NCBI GenBank assembly: GCA_016699425.1
Contig: CP064975.1
Coordinates: 258,979-322,978, forward strand
From: Candidatus Moraniibacteriota bacterium
Lineage (GTDB): Bacteria; Patescibacteriota; Minisyncoccia; Moranbacterales; UBA1568
Length of the DNA stretch: 64,000 nucleotides
Reading direction: 5' to 3'
The notes below the pieces were generated by a model. It saw only the letters and a program-made list of their open reading frames with translations. It was not told where the DNA came from and searched no databases. A program made the position numbers and the translations under genes. Shown here in pieces: positions 56,259 to 64,000 of this stretch. The first letter of the stretch is position 1. Each line of letters opens with the position of its first letter.

Positions 56259-57530
56259 ATGTCTCATCCCTGGCAGAAGAAAATCAGTGTGACTCGCTTC
56301 CTGAAAAGGAACTCATTGCCTGAAACCCCGGGCATATATTTCTTTCTGGGTCTGGACGATGAAATCCTCTACATCGGCAAGGCCACAATCTTGTCAGACC
56401 GGGTGAAAAGCTATTTCGGCCCCGACCTGGAGGAGACGCGTGGGCCGAAGCTCGTCCTCATGCGTGAGCGCGTCCTGGCCATCGGTTGGATCCAGCTCGA
56501 TTCGGTGCTCGAGGCGCTCATCCGGGAAGGACAGCTCATCAAGCAGCACTTACCGCCGTACAATACCGATGCGAAGGATGACAAGAGCTATAACTTTGTC
56601 GTCATCACGAAAGAAAACTATCCGCGCATCCTGCTCGTCCGCGAGCGCGACATCGAGACAGGGAAATTCGTCTTCCCGATCAAGGAGAAATTCGGGCCCT
56701 ACCCGCGCGGGGAAGCACTTCGGACGGCACTTCGGATCGTGCGGCAGATCTTCCCGTATCGGGACAAGTGTGTGCCGTATGCCGAACTCACTGATGAACA
56801 AAGGAAAAAAGCGCGCCCGTGTTTCCAGGCGCAGATCGGCCTGTGCCCGGGCGTTTGTGCCGGCACGATCTCGGCGGTCGAGTATCGGAAGACGGTGAAA
56901 CGGATCGCACTATTTTTTGGCGGACAGAAAGCCGATCTCGTGAAGAATCTGGAACGCGAGATGAAAGTCGCAGCCAAGGACTTGCGTTTTGAGGAAGCCC
57001 AGGAGATCAAAAAGCTTCTCTTTGACCTGGGCCATATCCGCGATGTCGCGCTCATGAAGGCGGACCGCGAGGAAACATCCGCAGCGCGGATCGAAGCGTA
57101 TGATACGGCACACCTCCAGGGCGAGGCGACGGTCGGCGTCATGACGGTCGTGCAGCACGCACTCGCGAAGAAGAGCCAGTACCGGTTGTTCAAGCTCCGC
57201 AATGCTCATGGGGGCGATGACCTGTCAGCCTTGGAAGAAATTCTGACGCGCCGCCTGGCGCACAGCGAGTGGACCTTGCCCGAGCTCATCGTCGTCGACG
57301 GGGCACTCCTTCAAAGTGATGTAGCGACCCGGATCTTGAAGAAGCGGGGACTGACCATCCCCGTCGTCGGTGTGGTGAAGAATGCGAAGCACCGGCCTGA
57401 CCGCATCATCGGGCCACGTGGGTTGGTGAAGCGCTTCGAACACGATATCCTCCTCGCCAATGCCGAAGCGCATCGTTTCGCCATCGGCTTCCACCGCAAA
57501 AAGAAACGTGAACAATTCCTCCAGGGGTAG
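56259..57530 (+). CDS. uvrC: Excinuclease ABC subunit C, compact form (GIY-YIG + Cys-rich + UVR + RNase-H-like endonuclease domain, with no C-terminal HhH)
   Basis: PGIYFFLGLDDEILYIGKA..L..RVKSYF GIY-YIG domain, RPCFQAQIGLCPGVCAG, UVR motif AAKDLRFEEAQEIKKLL, and an EAYDTAHLQGE...VVDGALLQ RNase-H-like domain. Only 423 aa. Confidence 0.85.
   Translation: MSHPWQKKISVTRFLKRNSLPETPGIYFFLGLDDEILYIGKATILSDRVKSYFGPDLEETRGPKLVLMRERVLAIGWIQLDSVLEALIREGQLIKQHLPPYNTDAKDDKSYNFVVITKENYPRILLVRERDIETGKFVFPIKEKFGPYPRGEALRTALRIVRQIFPYRDKCVPYAELTDEQRKKARPCFQAQIGLCPGVCAGTISAVEYRKTVKRIALFFGGQKADLVKNLEREMKVAAKDLRFEEAQEIKKLLFDLGHIRDVALMKADREETSAARIEAYDTAHLQGEATVGVMTVVQHALAKKSQYRLFKLRNAHGGDDLSALEEILTRRLAHSEWTLPELIVVDGALLQSDVATRILKKRGLTIPVVGVVKNAKHRPDRIIGPRGLVKRFEHDILLANAEAHRFAIGFHRKKKREQFLQG
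57411..57530. repeat. Direct repeat R1 (uvrC 3' end), partner of 60862-60981
   Basis: The first ~75 nt are identical apart from one mismatch, and the remainder encodes a near-identical peptide (GPRGLVKRFEHDILLANAEAHRFAIGFHRKK...FLQG*). Confidence 0.8.
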
Positions 57531-57646
57531 TGTTTTTTTGGAAATCGAGGTTTTACCCTCTTGAGTAGAGGTTCTAGTGGTGTCTAGACTTCGGAGTAGC
57601 TAAAATTGAGGCTTACAAGTCTCTTTTTTGCACCCCCGGAGAGAAC

Positions 57647-58333
57647 GTGAGAACCTGGTATACTTTGTTTATAATGATGACTCTGGATAACAAAACTACC
57701 TTTGCAGTAATCGCCATGCTCATAAACGCAGGGTGTTTTATTAATTACGTACGAAGTATCCTGCAACATAAAACGAAACCACATGCTTACACTTGGCTTA
57801 TCTGGTGTATCACACAAGGAACGGCTGTAGCAGCTATCTGGTATGGGAATGGCGGTTGGGGAGCTTGGGCATTGATAGTATCCACAATCTTTGTTGCTCT
57901 TGTATTTTTACTTTCTCTTCGGTACGGAACACGAAACATAACCAGGAGCGATACCGCTATTCTTTTCTTCGCCCTGCTTGCAATTGTCGTATGGTGGCAA
58001 TTAGATAACCCATATCTCGCCGTGGCTATGGTTTCCATCATTGATGTTATTGGGTATATCCCTAGTTGGCGGAAATCTATTAGCGCTCCCTGGTCTGAAG
58101 CAGTGTCATCGTGGATAGCTTCCCCAGTTGGGTATATCTTTGCCATGCTTGCGCTGATGGAATACAATTTTCTCACCCTTACCTACCCCGTATTACTTGT
58201 GCTGGCGAACCTTATCCTAGTAACGATTTGTCTTTACTACAGAAGAACAATTCCTAAGCCACTACCAATAGGCTCTAAATATTGTCTGTCGGATGGGATA
58301 ACTAAAAAGAGCCTTACAAAAGCCTCTTTTTAG
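57647..58333 (+). CDS. Hypothetical multi-TM membrane protein (island gene 1)
   Basis: About seven hydrophobic helices in a low-GC region. Confidence 0.45.
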   Translation: MRTWYTLFIMMTLDNKTTFAVIAMLINAGCFINYVRSILQHKTKPHAYTWLIWCITQGTAVAAIWYGNGGWGAWALIVSTIFVALVFLLSLRYGTRNITRSDTAILFFALLAIVVWWQLDNPYLAVAMVSIIDVIGYIPSWRKSISAPWSEAVSSWIASPVGYIFAMLALMEYNFLTLTYPVLLVLANLILVTICLYYRRTIPKPLPIGSKYCLSDGITKKSLTKASF

Positions 58334-58393
58334 TGCTCGTAAAGTACGCGTGCTATATTGAGTATGTATTTATGAAGAGACAAACTTAGCCAT

Positions 58394-59755
58394 ATGTCGA
58401 TTGAATCGAAGTTTTATGCTGTTCCGGATGAATCCAGGATACCTTCAGGAAAAAAAGATAAGGTGATGACTGAGGTGGATAGGTTGCAAGGGACATTAGA
58501 AAGGCTATTTCCCATGCCATGCAAATACGGTGCATGTGGGGTTGGGGAGTACTCGGGGGTGACTATAATGGACCGCTTGATCGACACGGAAGAGACCAGA
58601 ATAGGAAAAGCCCCCACGGACAAGGCAAAAGAACAGCTTACAGGCGTTGCTAACAGAGCTGTGGAAAATAATAACCCGCTTGCTTTGGTTGGAATTTATG
58701 GAACGCCCAGAAGTTTAGATCGACCGGAATTAAATGTTGCTCAGCTTGCGGATTTGTCAGCTATTATGATGGTGCAGGCAGCCATGGATCGGATTCATTC
58801 AGCTCATTCTCCGGGAGTGAGCTATAGGGCTGTTGATGAAGATCTTACCGCTCTCTGGTTAGATATAGCACAGCACCCACTAGGAAAGGAGGGCGGGGAA
58901 AAATTTAAGTCCATTTACAGCAAATACTATAAGGATAGGAAGCGGCTCATTGATTTACTTGAGCAAAAAGGATTAATTAATGTTGGTAAAACCAAGATTG
59001 AGTTGCTTTCGGAGAGTGATCTATATAAGGGTTCATTGGAAAAAAAAGGAGATAGTATGTCTGCGGAAGAGTCTTTTTTAGGGAAGTGTGAGACAGTGAG
59101 GCCGCACATCCTTAATTACTTGACTGCAAGTGGAGAAATAATGGATAAACTTTATGGGGAAGATGACAAGCAATGGGTAAGCGCGGAGGATGATCCTCAG
59201 CTTTGGAGTAGGTATCAACTTTTGATTAGCGAAACAAAGGAGTGTAAGGACCTTCTGAACACGGGATGGCAGGGTCTTATCCCTCCAGAAATGAGGAAAT
59301 ATTATCTAGAGAAGTTTAGATGTATATTAGGCGGGGCTGACTTACGGGCCAGTGACCCGAAACTTCTTTTTCATGTAGCGACGTATCTTTCTTCTACCCT
59401 AGTAAAATTCCAAGCGGGAACTTTAACAGAGGGGATCCCTGCAGGCACTCCTGTTATTCGAGTACCTCTTGTACGACCAGTTGATGGCAGACCCTCTTCA
59501 CATCAGTCTTTGGTCCCCTTGAGGACGTTACCAAAAGTGAAGGGCGATATGGATAAAAGAGTTAGCCACTCTAATAGGGCTGCTTGGTTAAGTGTTGCGG
59601 TCCAGGGCAACAAGAAATTGAGGCTAGTAGATACGGCCGAGTACGCGGAACTTCCGGAGGAGTTAGTAGTTCCCGTACAAATTTACATGGTTGCACCCGA
59701 TAACGGGGCAGGGTCGTATCTCGTAGATACGGCTATCATGTTGTCCGATTCATAG
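58394..59755 (+). CDS. Hypothetical protein, 453 aa (island gene 2)
   Basis: Long low-GC ORF with no recognised motif. Confidence 0.45.
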   Translation: MSIESKFYAVPDESRIPSGKKDKVMTEVDRLQGTLERLFPMPCKYGACGVGEYSGVTIMDRLIDTEETRIGKAPTDKAKEQLTGVANRAVENNNPLALVGIYGTPRSLDRPELNVAQLADLSAIMMVQAAMDRIHSAHSPGVSYRAVDEDLTALWLDIAQHPLGKEGGEKFKSIYSKYYKDRKRLIDLLEQKGLINVGKTKIELLSESDLYKGSLEKKGDSMSAEESFLGKCETVRPHILNYLTASGEIMDKLYGEDDKQWVSAEDDPQLWSRYQLLISETKECKDLLNTGWQGLIPPEMRKYYLEKFRCILGGADLRASDPKLLFHVATYLSSTLVKFQAGTLTEGIPAGTPVIRVPLVRPVDGRPSSHQSLVPLRTLPKVKGDMDKRVSHSNRAAWLSVAVQGNKKLRLVDTAEYAELPEELVVPVQIYMVAPDNGAGSYLVDTAIMLSDS

Positions 59756-59782
59756 TAACTCGAATATCATTCGGAAAGAGTT

Positions 59783-60844
59783 ATGTCCTTAGAATCGCGT
59801 TTAACATTTTCAAGCCGAGAACGCAGTGAAACGATGGATGAAGCCGAAGCGGGTGTGATTCGCTATTTATCCAGAATACAGGAAGCTCAGCGGGAGTTTG
59901 ATGACATTGTAGCAGGGAAAACTGTCTTGCTTGTCGATTCTGGACAAGGTGTTCCACAACATGCGTTTGCCAGGAGGGTAGAGAATCTCAGGGGCATGGG
60001 ATTTGAGGCCCTCTCGAAAATGGTTATCGAAAAAATTTTTGGCGGAAAGGTTCCCGCTAGTGCGCTTGAAAGCTTCCAGCAGTTTTTGGGCCATGGTGTT
60101 CGGATTGTCCATCGAGATGTAGCGGATACAACAAGCCTGCCGAGCGATATTTCCGCGGTGGTATTTTCAGGTTCACCTGCAGATGTCAGTAAGGCATTTA
60201 GCGACCCATCTAGGTCGATACACAGAGATAGTCGGTTGACCCATGGTCAGGTTTTTCAGTTCGTCCGAAGAGTGTATGAGGGGGCGGCGGAAAAAAATAT
60301 ACCCATAATTGGTTTCTGCTATGGGCATCAAGCCATGGCTGCACTAGAAGGGGGGAAAGTAAGCCCCTTGAAAGAGCCTCGACAGAGGTTTCAAAAGATG
60401 GAATTACTGGATGACTCAAGAGAGTTTCTCGGAGGAGTTTTTGTCGATCGCCCCCCTCTTTCCATCCACGGCGGAGAACTTCCGGTCAACCATAGCGAAG
60501 CAGTAACGCCAAACCCGCAGCGCAGTATGCTCCTCATGCATACTACTGAAAGAGATTCATTAGTAGCAGAGGGTCTGCTTCATCTATCTGGGCTGGAAAA
60601 CAAGTATAGCGGCACTCCTCAAGAAAGAGCCGCACTTCTCCAGTCTCTTCTCGAAGACGATAAGGGGGCGGCGAAGCTCGGGATTCAGGCTCACCCAGAG
60701 ATAGCTGGTTTTTATCCCATGATGAACTTTTCGTTGGGAGCTGACCCGAGCGTATTCCGTAGATCAGCAGAAAATGATATATCCCCGGAGATGTTACGAT
60801 TGATTGCGCGGTTCCTCCAGCTTCACAAGAAATTTAGAGCTTGA
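59783..60844 (+). CDS. Protein with a C-terminal class-I glutamine amidotransferase-like domain (island gene 3)
   Basis: IPIIGFCYGHQAMA nucleophile-elbow Cys, with a later QAHPE His/Glu pair. The N-terminal ~180 aa are unassigned. Confidence 0.5.
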   Translation: MSLESRLTFSSRERSETMDEAEAGVIRYLSRIQEAQREFDDIVAGKTVLLVDSGQGVPQHAFARRVENLRGMGFEALSKMVIEKIFGGKVPASALESFQQFLGHGVRIVHRDVADTTSLPSDISAVVFSGSPADVSKAFSDPSRSIHRDSRLTHGQVFQFVRRVYEGAAEKNIPIIGFCYGHQAMAALEGGKVSPLKEPRQRFQKMELLDDSREFLGGVFVDRPPLSIHGGELPVNHSEAVTPNPQRSMLLMHTTERDSLVAEGLLHLSGLENKYSGTPQERAALLQSLLEDDKGAAKLGIQAHPEIAGFYPMMNFSLGADPSVFRRSAENDISPEMLRLIARFLQLHKKFRA

Positions 60845-60861
60845 TCAAGTTTCTCTGGGCC

Positions 60862-60981
60862 GGGCCACGTGGGTTGGTGAAGCGCTTCGAACACGATATC
60901 CTCCTCGCCAATGCCGAAGCGCATCGTTTCGCTATCGGCTTCCATCGGAAGAAAAGGCGTGAGTCGTTTCTCCAGGGCTAA
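60862..60981. repeat. Direct repeat R2 (displaced or ancestral uvrC 3' end)
   Basis: See R1. It ends with an in-frame stop (…SFLQG*). Confidence 0.8.
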
Positions 60982-61207
60982 GAGAACCCTTAGGGAAGCC
61001 CTTACTCGACCCTAGACAGAACAACTGAAAAAGTGTATACTGTCGCTTCGAACCTTAATAATCACAGACCGTTTGCCAAAGCACAGAGTCCTTTCACGTG
61101 GAGGTCGAACCTCCAAGTGAAGAGAGGTTTCTCTGCTCTGGCAAACTCGAATCTTTCGAGAGCTTATAGCGGCTACCCGCAAGGACTAGCATAGTTAGGA
61201 GACTGCA

Positions 61208-61915
61208 ATGTGCACCTCTATTTCATTCCCGCAAGTTACGAAGATTCACGACACTCTCGTGCAAAAGGGTGTCACACCGGAAGTGTTTCAAGAAAGATTG
61301 TTAGGTGAAGGCCGTATCGCGGATGTCGCCGAAGCTTGTGTGGCCGGAACCATCCCGCCTCGCGACGAGTTCCGCAAGTTCCTCGGCCTCGGCCCGCTTT
61401 ACAAGACCGACAAGCACGGCCGTATCCTCGTCACCCTCACTGGCCGTGGCTGGACGAATGAGGAGTGGTTCAAGCACGGCGAGGCTGTCGGGATGAACTT
61501 CACCAAATGGGCGAGCGATATTCTCGGCAAGCCCGACTACAACGAGAAGCATCGTCTGGAACCCGGCAAGCAATACACGGTGGCGCTCTTGTTCGGCAAG
61601 AAGGAGTTCGACACTGATGTCGAGCGCACGACAGCAAACCTGCGGGCCCGAGGCGAGCGTGATTACGGGAAATCCGATGACCTTCGTGGCGAACTTGCAC
61701 TCCTCATCCGGGAAGCCATCTCTGACGAACAGTTGGAGCGTTGGAGGATCGACTACACCGCCGTGCTCCACGAGCCCATCATTAGTTCCGGCGGTAACCC
61801 GAGCATCCTCGGCTCGGACCGTTTCGACGATGGGCAGCAGGTGCGTGCCTACGTCGGTGGCCCGGGCGACCGCTGGGGCGGTCTTGGAGCCTTCGCGTTC
61901 CCCGTCTCGCAATAA
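61208..61915 (+). CDS. Hypothetical protein
   Basis: 235-aa ORF with no recognised domain. Confidence 0.4.
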   Translation: MCTSISFPQVTKIHDTLVQKGVTPEVFQERLLGEGRIADVAEACVAGTIPPRDEFRKFLGLGPLYKTDKHGRILVTLTGRGWTNEEWFKHGEAVGMNFTKWASDILGKPDYNEKHRLEPGKQYTVALLFGKKEFDTDVERTTANLRARGERDYGKSDDLRGELALLIREAISDEQLERWRIDYTAVLHEPIISSGGNPSILGSDRFDDGQQVRAYVGGPGDRWGGLGAFAFPVSQ

Positions 61916-62182
61916 GCACTCTGGACTTTGTATCTTTGGTCTCTTAGACCCTTGATACTGAGTCCTTTGACCCCGCATTTTACCGAACGGTAGCGGCGGG
62001 GTTTTCTTTTTCTCAATCCGACAATGGGGAGCGGATACATGAAATATCGGCGACCTTGGCCGTTGGATGGTCGGGCTCGCTCTCTCAATTCCATACTTTT
62101 CACTCTAGCAGGTGCGGCGGTTTACCCACGCGCAAAAATCTGCTATACTCGGAAACAATTCGTCTTCTGTACCGCACAACGT

Positions 62183-64000
62183 ATGCCAGGAAAAAAGAGC
62201 GTCATTGAAATTCGTGGAGCTCGCGTGAACAATCTGAAGAACATCGACATTGACATCCCGCGGGACTGTCTGGTCGTGGTGACGGGTTTGTCGGGATCAG
62301 GGAAGTCGTCGCTCGCGTTTGATACCCTGTACGCCGAGGCGAACCGGCGCTATGTCGAGAGTCTCTCGGCGTATGCCCGGAACTTCATGGAGGGGTATGA
62401 CAAACCGGATGTCGACACGATCCGCAACCTGTCGCCGGCTATCTCGATCGACCAGAAGAGCGTCTCGCGCAGTCCGCGCTCGACGGTGGGCACAATGACG
62501 GAAGTGTATGACTATCTGCGCCTGCTCTTTGCCAAGGTCGGCCAGCCCCATTGCCCGAAATGTGCTCAGACGCTTTCCCGTAAGACACCGGTCGCGATCC
62601 TCGAAGAAATCCTGTCTTTGCCAAACAATTCGCCGCTGGTCTTTGCCGCCGACAGCCCGCTCCTAGCCGGGAAGAACTGGGGAGAGGCCCTCAGACTCAT
62701 CGATGACTGGGGCTTTGTCCGGGTCTGGTACCGGGACACCGCAGTCGCTTTGGCCGAACTGCGCAACACCGTTGATCTGATGGCACTGGCAGAGTGTCTC
62801 GTCATCGTCGATCGGTTGAATCTCGATACGGCGCGGCCAGATAAGGAACGCATGCTCGATTCGATCCATACGGCCTTTCAGACTGGGCAGGGGGTGATGC
62901 AGCTCTTGGTCGACGGAGAGCGTCTCCATACCTATCACGAGCACTATCGCTGTGAGGCCTGCCAGATCGAACTGCCCGAGTTTTCACCCGCCCATTTTTC
63001 CTTCAATAGTCCCGAAGGTGCCTGTCCGACCTGCGGCGGCCTTGGTGTCACGCTCGAATTCGACCCCGCACTCGTCATCCCCAATGAATCCTTGTCCATT
63101 TCTGAAGGGGCGATCCGACCGTGGAGCAAGATGAACAGCGATCGCGGCAATGGCAATGGGCCGATGGCGCTCCTGCGCGAGATGGCGAAGCGCGAGAAGA
63201 TCCCGCTCGATGTGCCGGTGAAGAAACTTTCACAGAAACAACGGACCTATATCTTGCGCGGTGATGCCAAGCGCGACTTGGCCGACGAATTTGGTTTCCC
63301 TGGTGTGCTCGGCTTGCTCGAACGCAAATACCGCGAGACGAAGTCTGATCACCTGCGGGCGGAAATTGAGACCTTCATGTTCATGCGGCGCTGTCCGGAT
63401 TGCGGTGGGAAACGGCTCCGCTCCGAATCGCTCTCTGTCTTCATCGCTGGAAAAAACATCAACGATTTCGTCGGTCAATCCATTGAAGATCTCCGTGGAT
63501 TTTTCCGGGACCTGCGTCCTCAGCTCTTGCAAGAAGGCGAAGTGAAATCACTCATCGAGCCATTGTTCAATGAAATGGAGATGCGGCTCTCGGCCGTCGA
63601 TAAGGTGGGCCTGGGCTATCTCTCGCTCTCACGAAGCGCGGATACGCTCTCGGGTGGCGAGGCGCAGCGGATTCGACTCTCGGTCCAGATCAAGTCCGGC
63701 CTCTCCGGTATTATTTATGTTCTCGACGAACCATCGGTCGGGCTGCATAGCCGTGATACGGACCGGCTTATCCGGGCGCTCGAGGAGTTGCGTGGTGCCA
63801 ACAACTCGCTCGTCGTCGTCGAACATGATGTCGCGATTATGCGCAAAGCGGATTGGATCATCGACCTCGGTCCTGGTGCGGGCAAAGAGGGCGGTGAGAT
63901 TATCTTCTCGGGCACACCGGAAAAGCTCATGAAGTCGAAACTCTTGACGGGGCAGTACCTGTCCGGTAAACGTCTGGTACAGGAAGCAAGGGCGCCACGC
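62183..64000 (+). CDS. UvrA paralog (second excinuclease ABC subunit A-like protein), truncated at the window end
   Basis: [18 protein letters not shown], zinc-finger cysteines and LSGGEAQR signature. It is diverged from the 17846 copy in the region equivalent to the UvrB-binding domain (no RKGE motif). Confidence 0.85.
   Translation, partial: MPGKKSVIEIRGARVNNLKNIDIDIPRDCLVVVTGLSGSGKSSLAFDTLYAEANRRYVESLSAYARNFMEGYDKPDVDTIRNLSPAISIDQKSVSRSPRSTVGTMTEVYDYLRLLFAKVGQPHCPKCAQTLSRKTPVAILEEILSLPNNSPLVFAADSPLLAGKNWGEALRLIDDWGFVRVWYRDTAVALAELRNTVDLMALAECLVIVDRLNLDTARPDKERMLDSIHTAFQTGQGVMQLLVDGERLHTYHEHYRCEACQIELPEFSPAHFSFNSPEGACPTCGGLGVTLEFDPALVIPNESLSISEGAIRPWSKMNSDRGNGNGPMALLREMAKREKIPLDVPVKKLSQKQRTYILRGDAKRDLADEFGFPGVLGLLERKYRETKSDHLRAEIETFMFMRRCPDCGGKRLRSESLSVFIAGKNINDFVGQSIEDLRGFFRDLRPQLLQEGEVKSLIEPLFNEMEMRLSAVDKVGLGYLSLSRSADTLSGGEAQRIRLSVQIKSGLSGIIYVLDEPSVGLHSRDTDRLIRALEELRGANNSLVVVEHDVAIMRKADWIIDLGPGAGKEGGEIIFSGTPEKLMKSKLLTGQYLSGKRLVQEARAPR

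Noticed and set aside
1-64000. CRISPR arrays and rRNA genes
   Set aside because: No regularly spaced short direct repeats and no rRNA-like conserved segments were seen on either strand, even though an Ile-Ala tRNA pair is present.

Overview
This 64-kb bacterial chromosomal segment has a GC-rich core and at least four lower-GC accessory islands. Composition was judged by eye and homology calls rest on motifs I recognise; nothing was computed or searched.

Core genes include nucleotide-excision repair (uvrB, uvrA, a compact uvrC, and a second uvrA paralog cut off by the window end). Around them sit ogt, a ChbG/YdjC deacetylase, msrA, pyrD, queH, gdhA, a malic enzyme, a DEAD-box helicase, an ABC exporter and a PQQ-type sugar dehydrogenase. 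There are many small DUF-type membrane proteins. A 5-gene minus-strand tRNA cluster is present (Asp, Met-CAT, fMet, Ile, Ala). No rRNA or CRISPR was seen.

The accessory content is the interesting part. A YhbQ-like GIY-YIG nuclease gene is wedged between a pseudo 5' half and an intact copy of tRNA-fMet, with its start and stop codons at the anticodon-loop position. tRNA-Asp is followed by serial copies of its own 3' end, a terminator-bounded sRNA-like unit and a low-GC island. That island carries a LysE exporter and an unusual pair: a histidine-phosphatase-like protein next to a protein bearing a PEP-utilising phospho-His swivel domain. tRNA-Met is embedded between tRNA-like D-arm and T-arm fragments joined by an 11-bp inverted repeat. 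An IS1-family element has 22-bp terminal inverted repeats, a 9-bp target-site duplication and a multiply frameshifted transposase. A defense-like island holds DUF3800, a NYN nuclease, an N6-adenine methyltransferase translationally coupled to a DUF262+HNH nuclease, and a PIN-like pair. Two ArsR regulators sit in cassettes flanked by GAGAAT palindromes. A 3.3-kb three-gene island is inserted into the 3' end of uvrC and flanked by 120-bp direct repeats of that 3' end.
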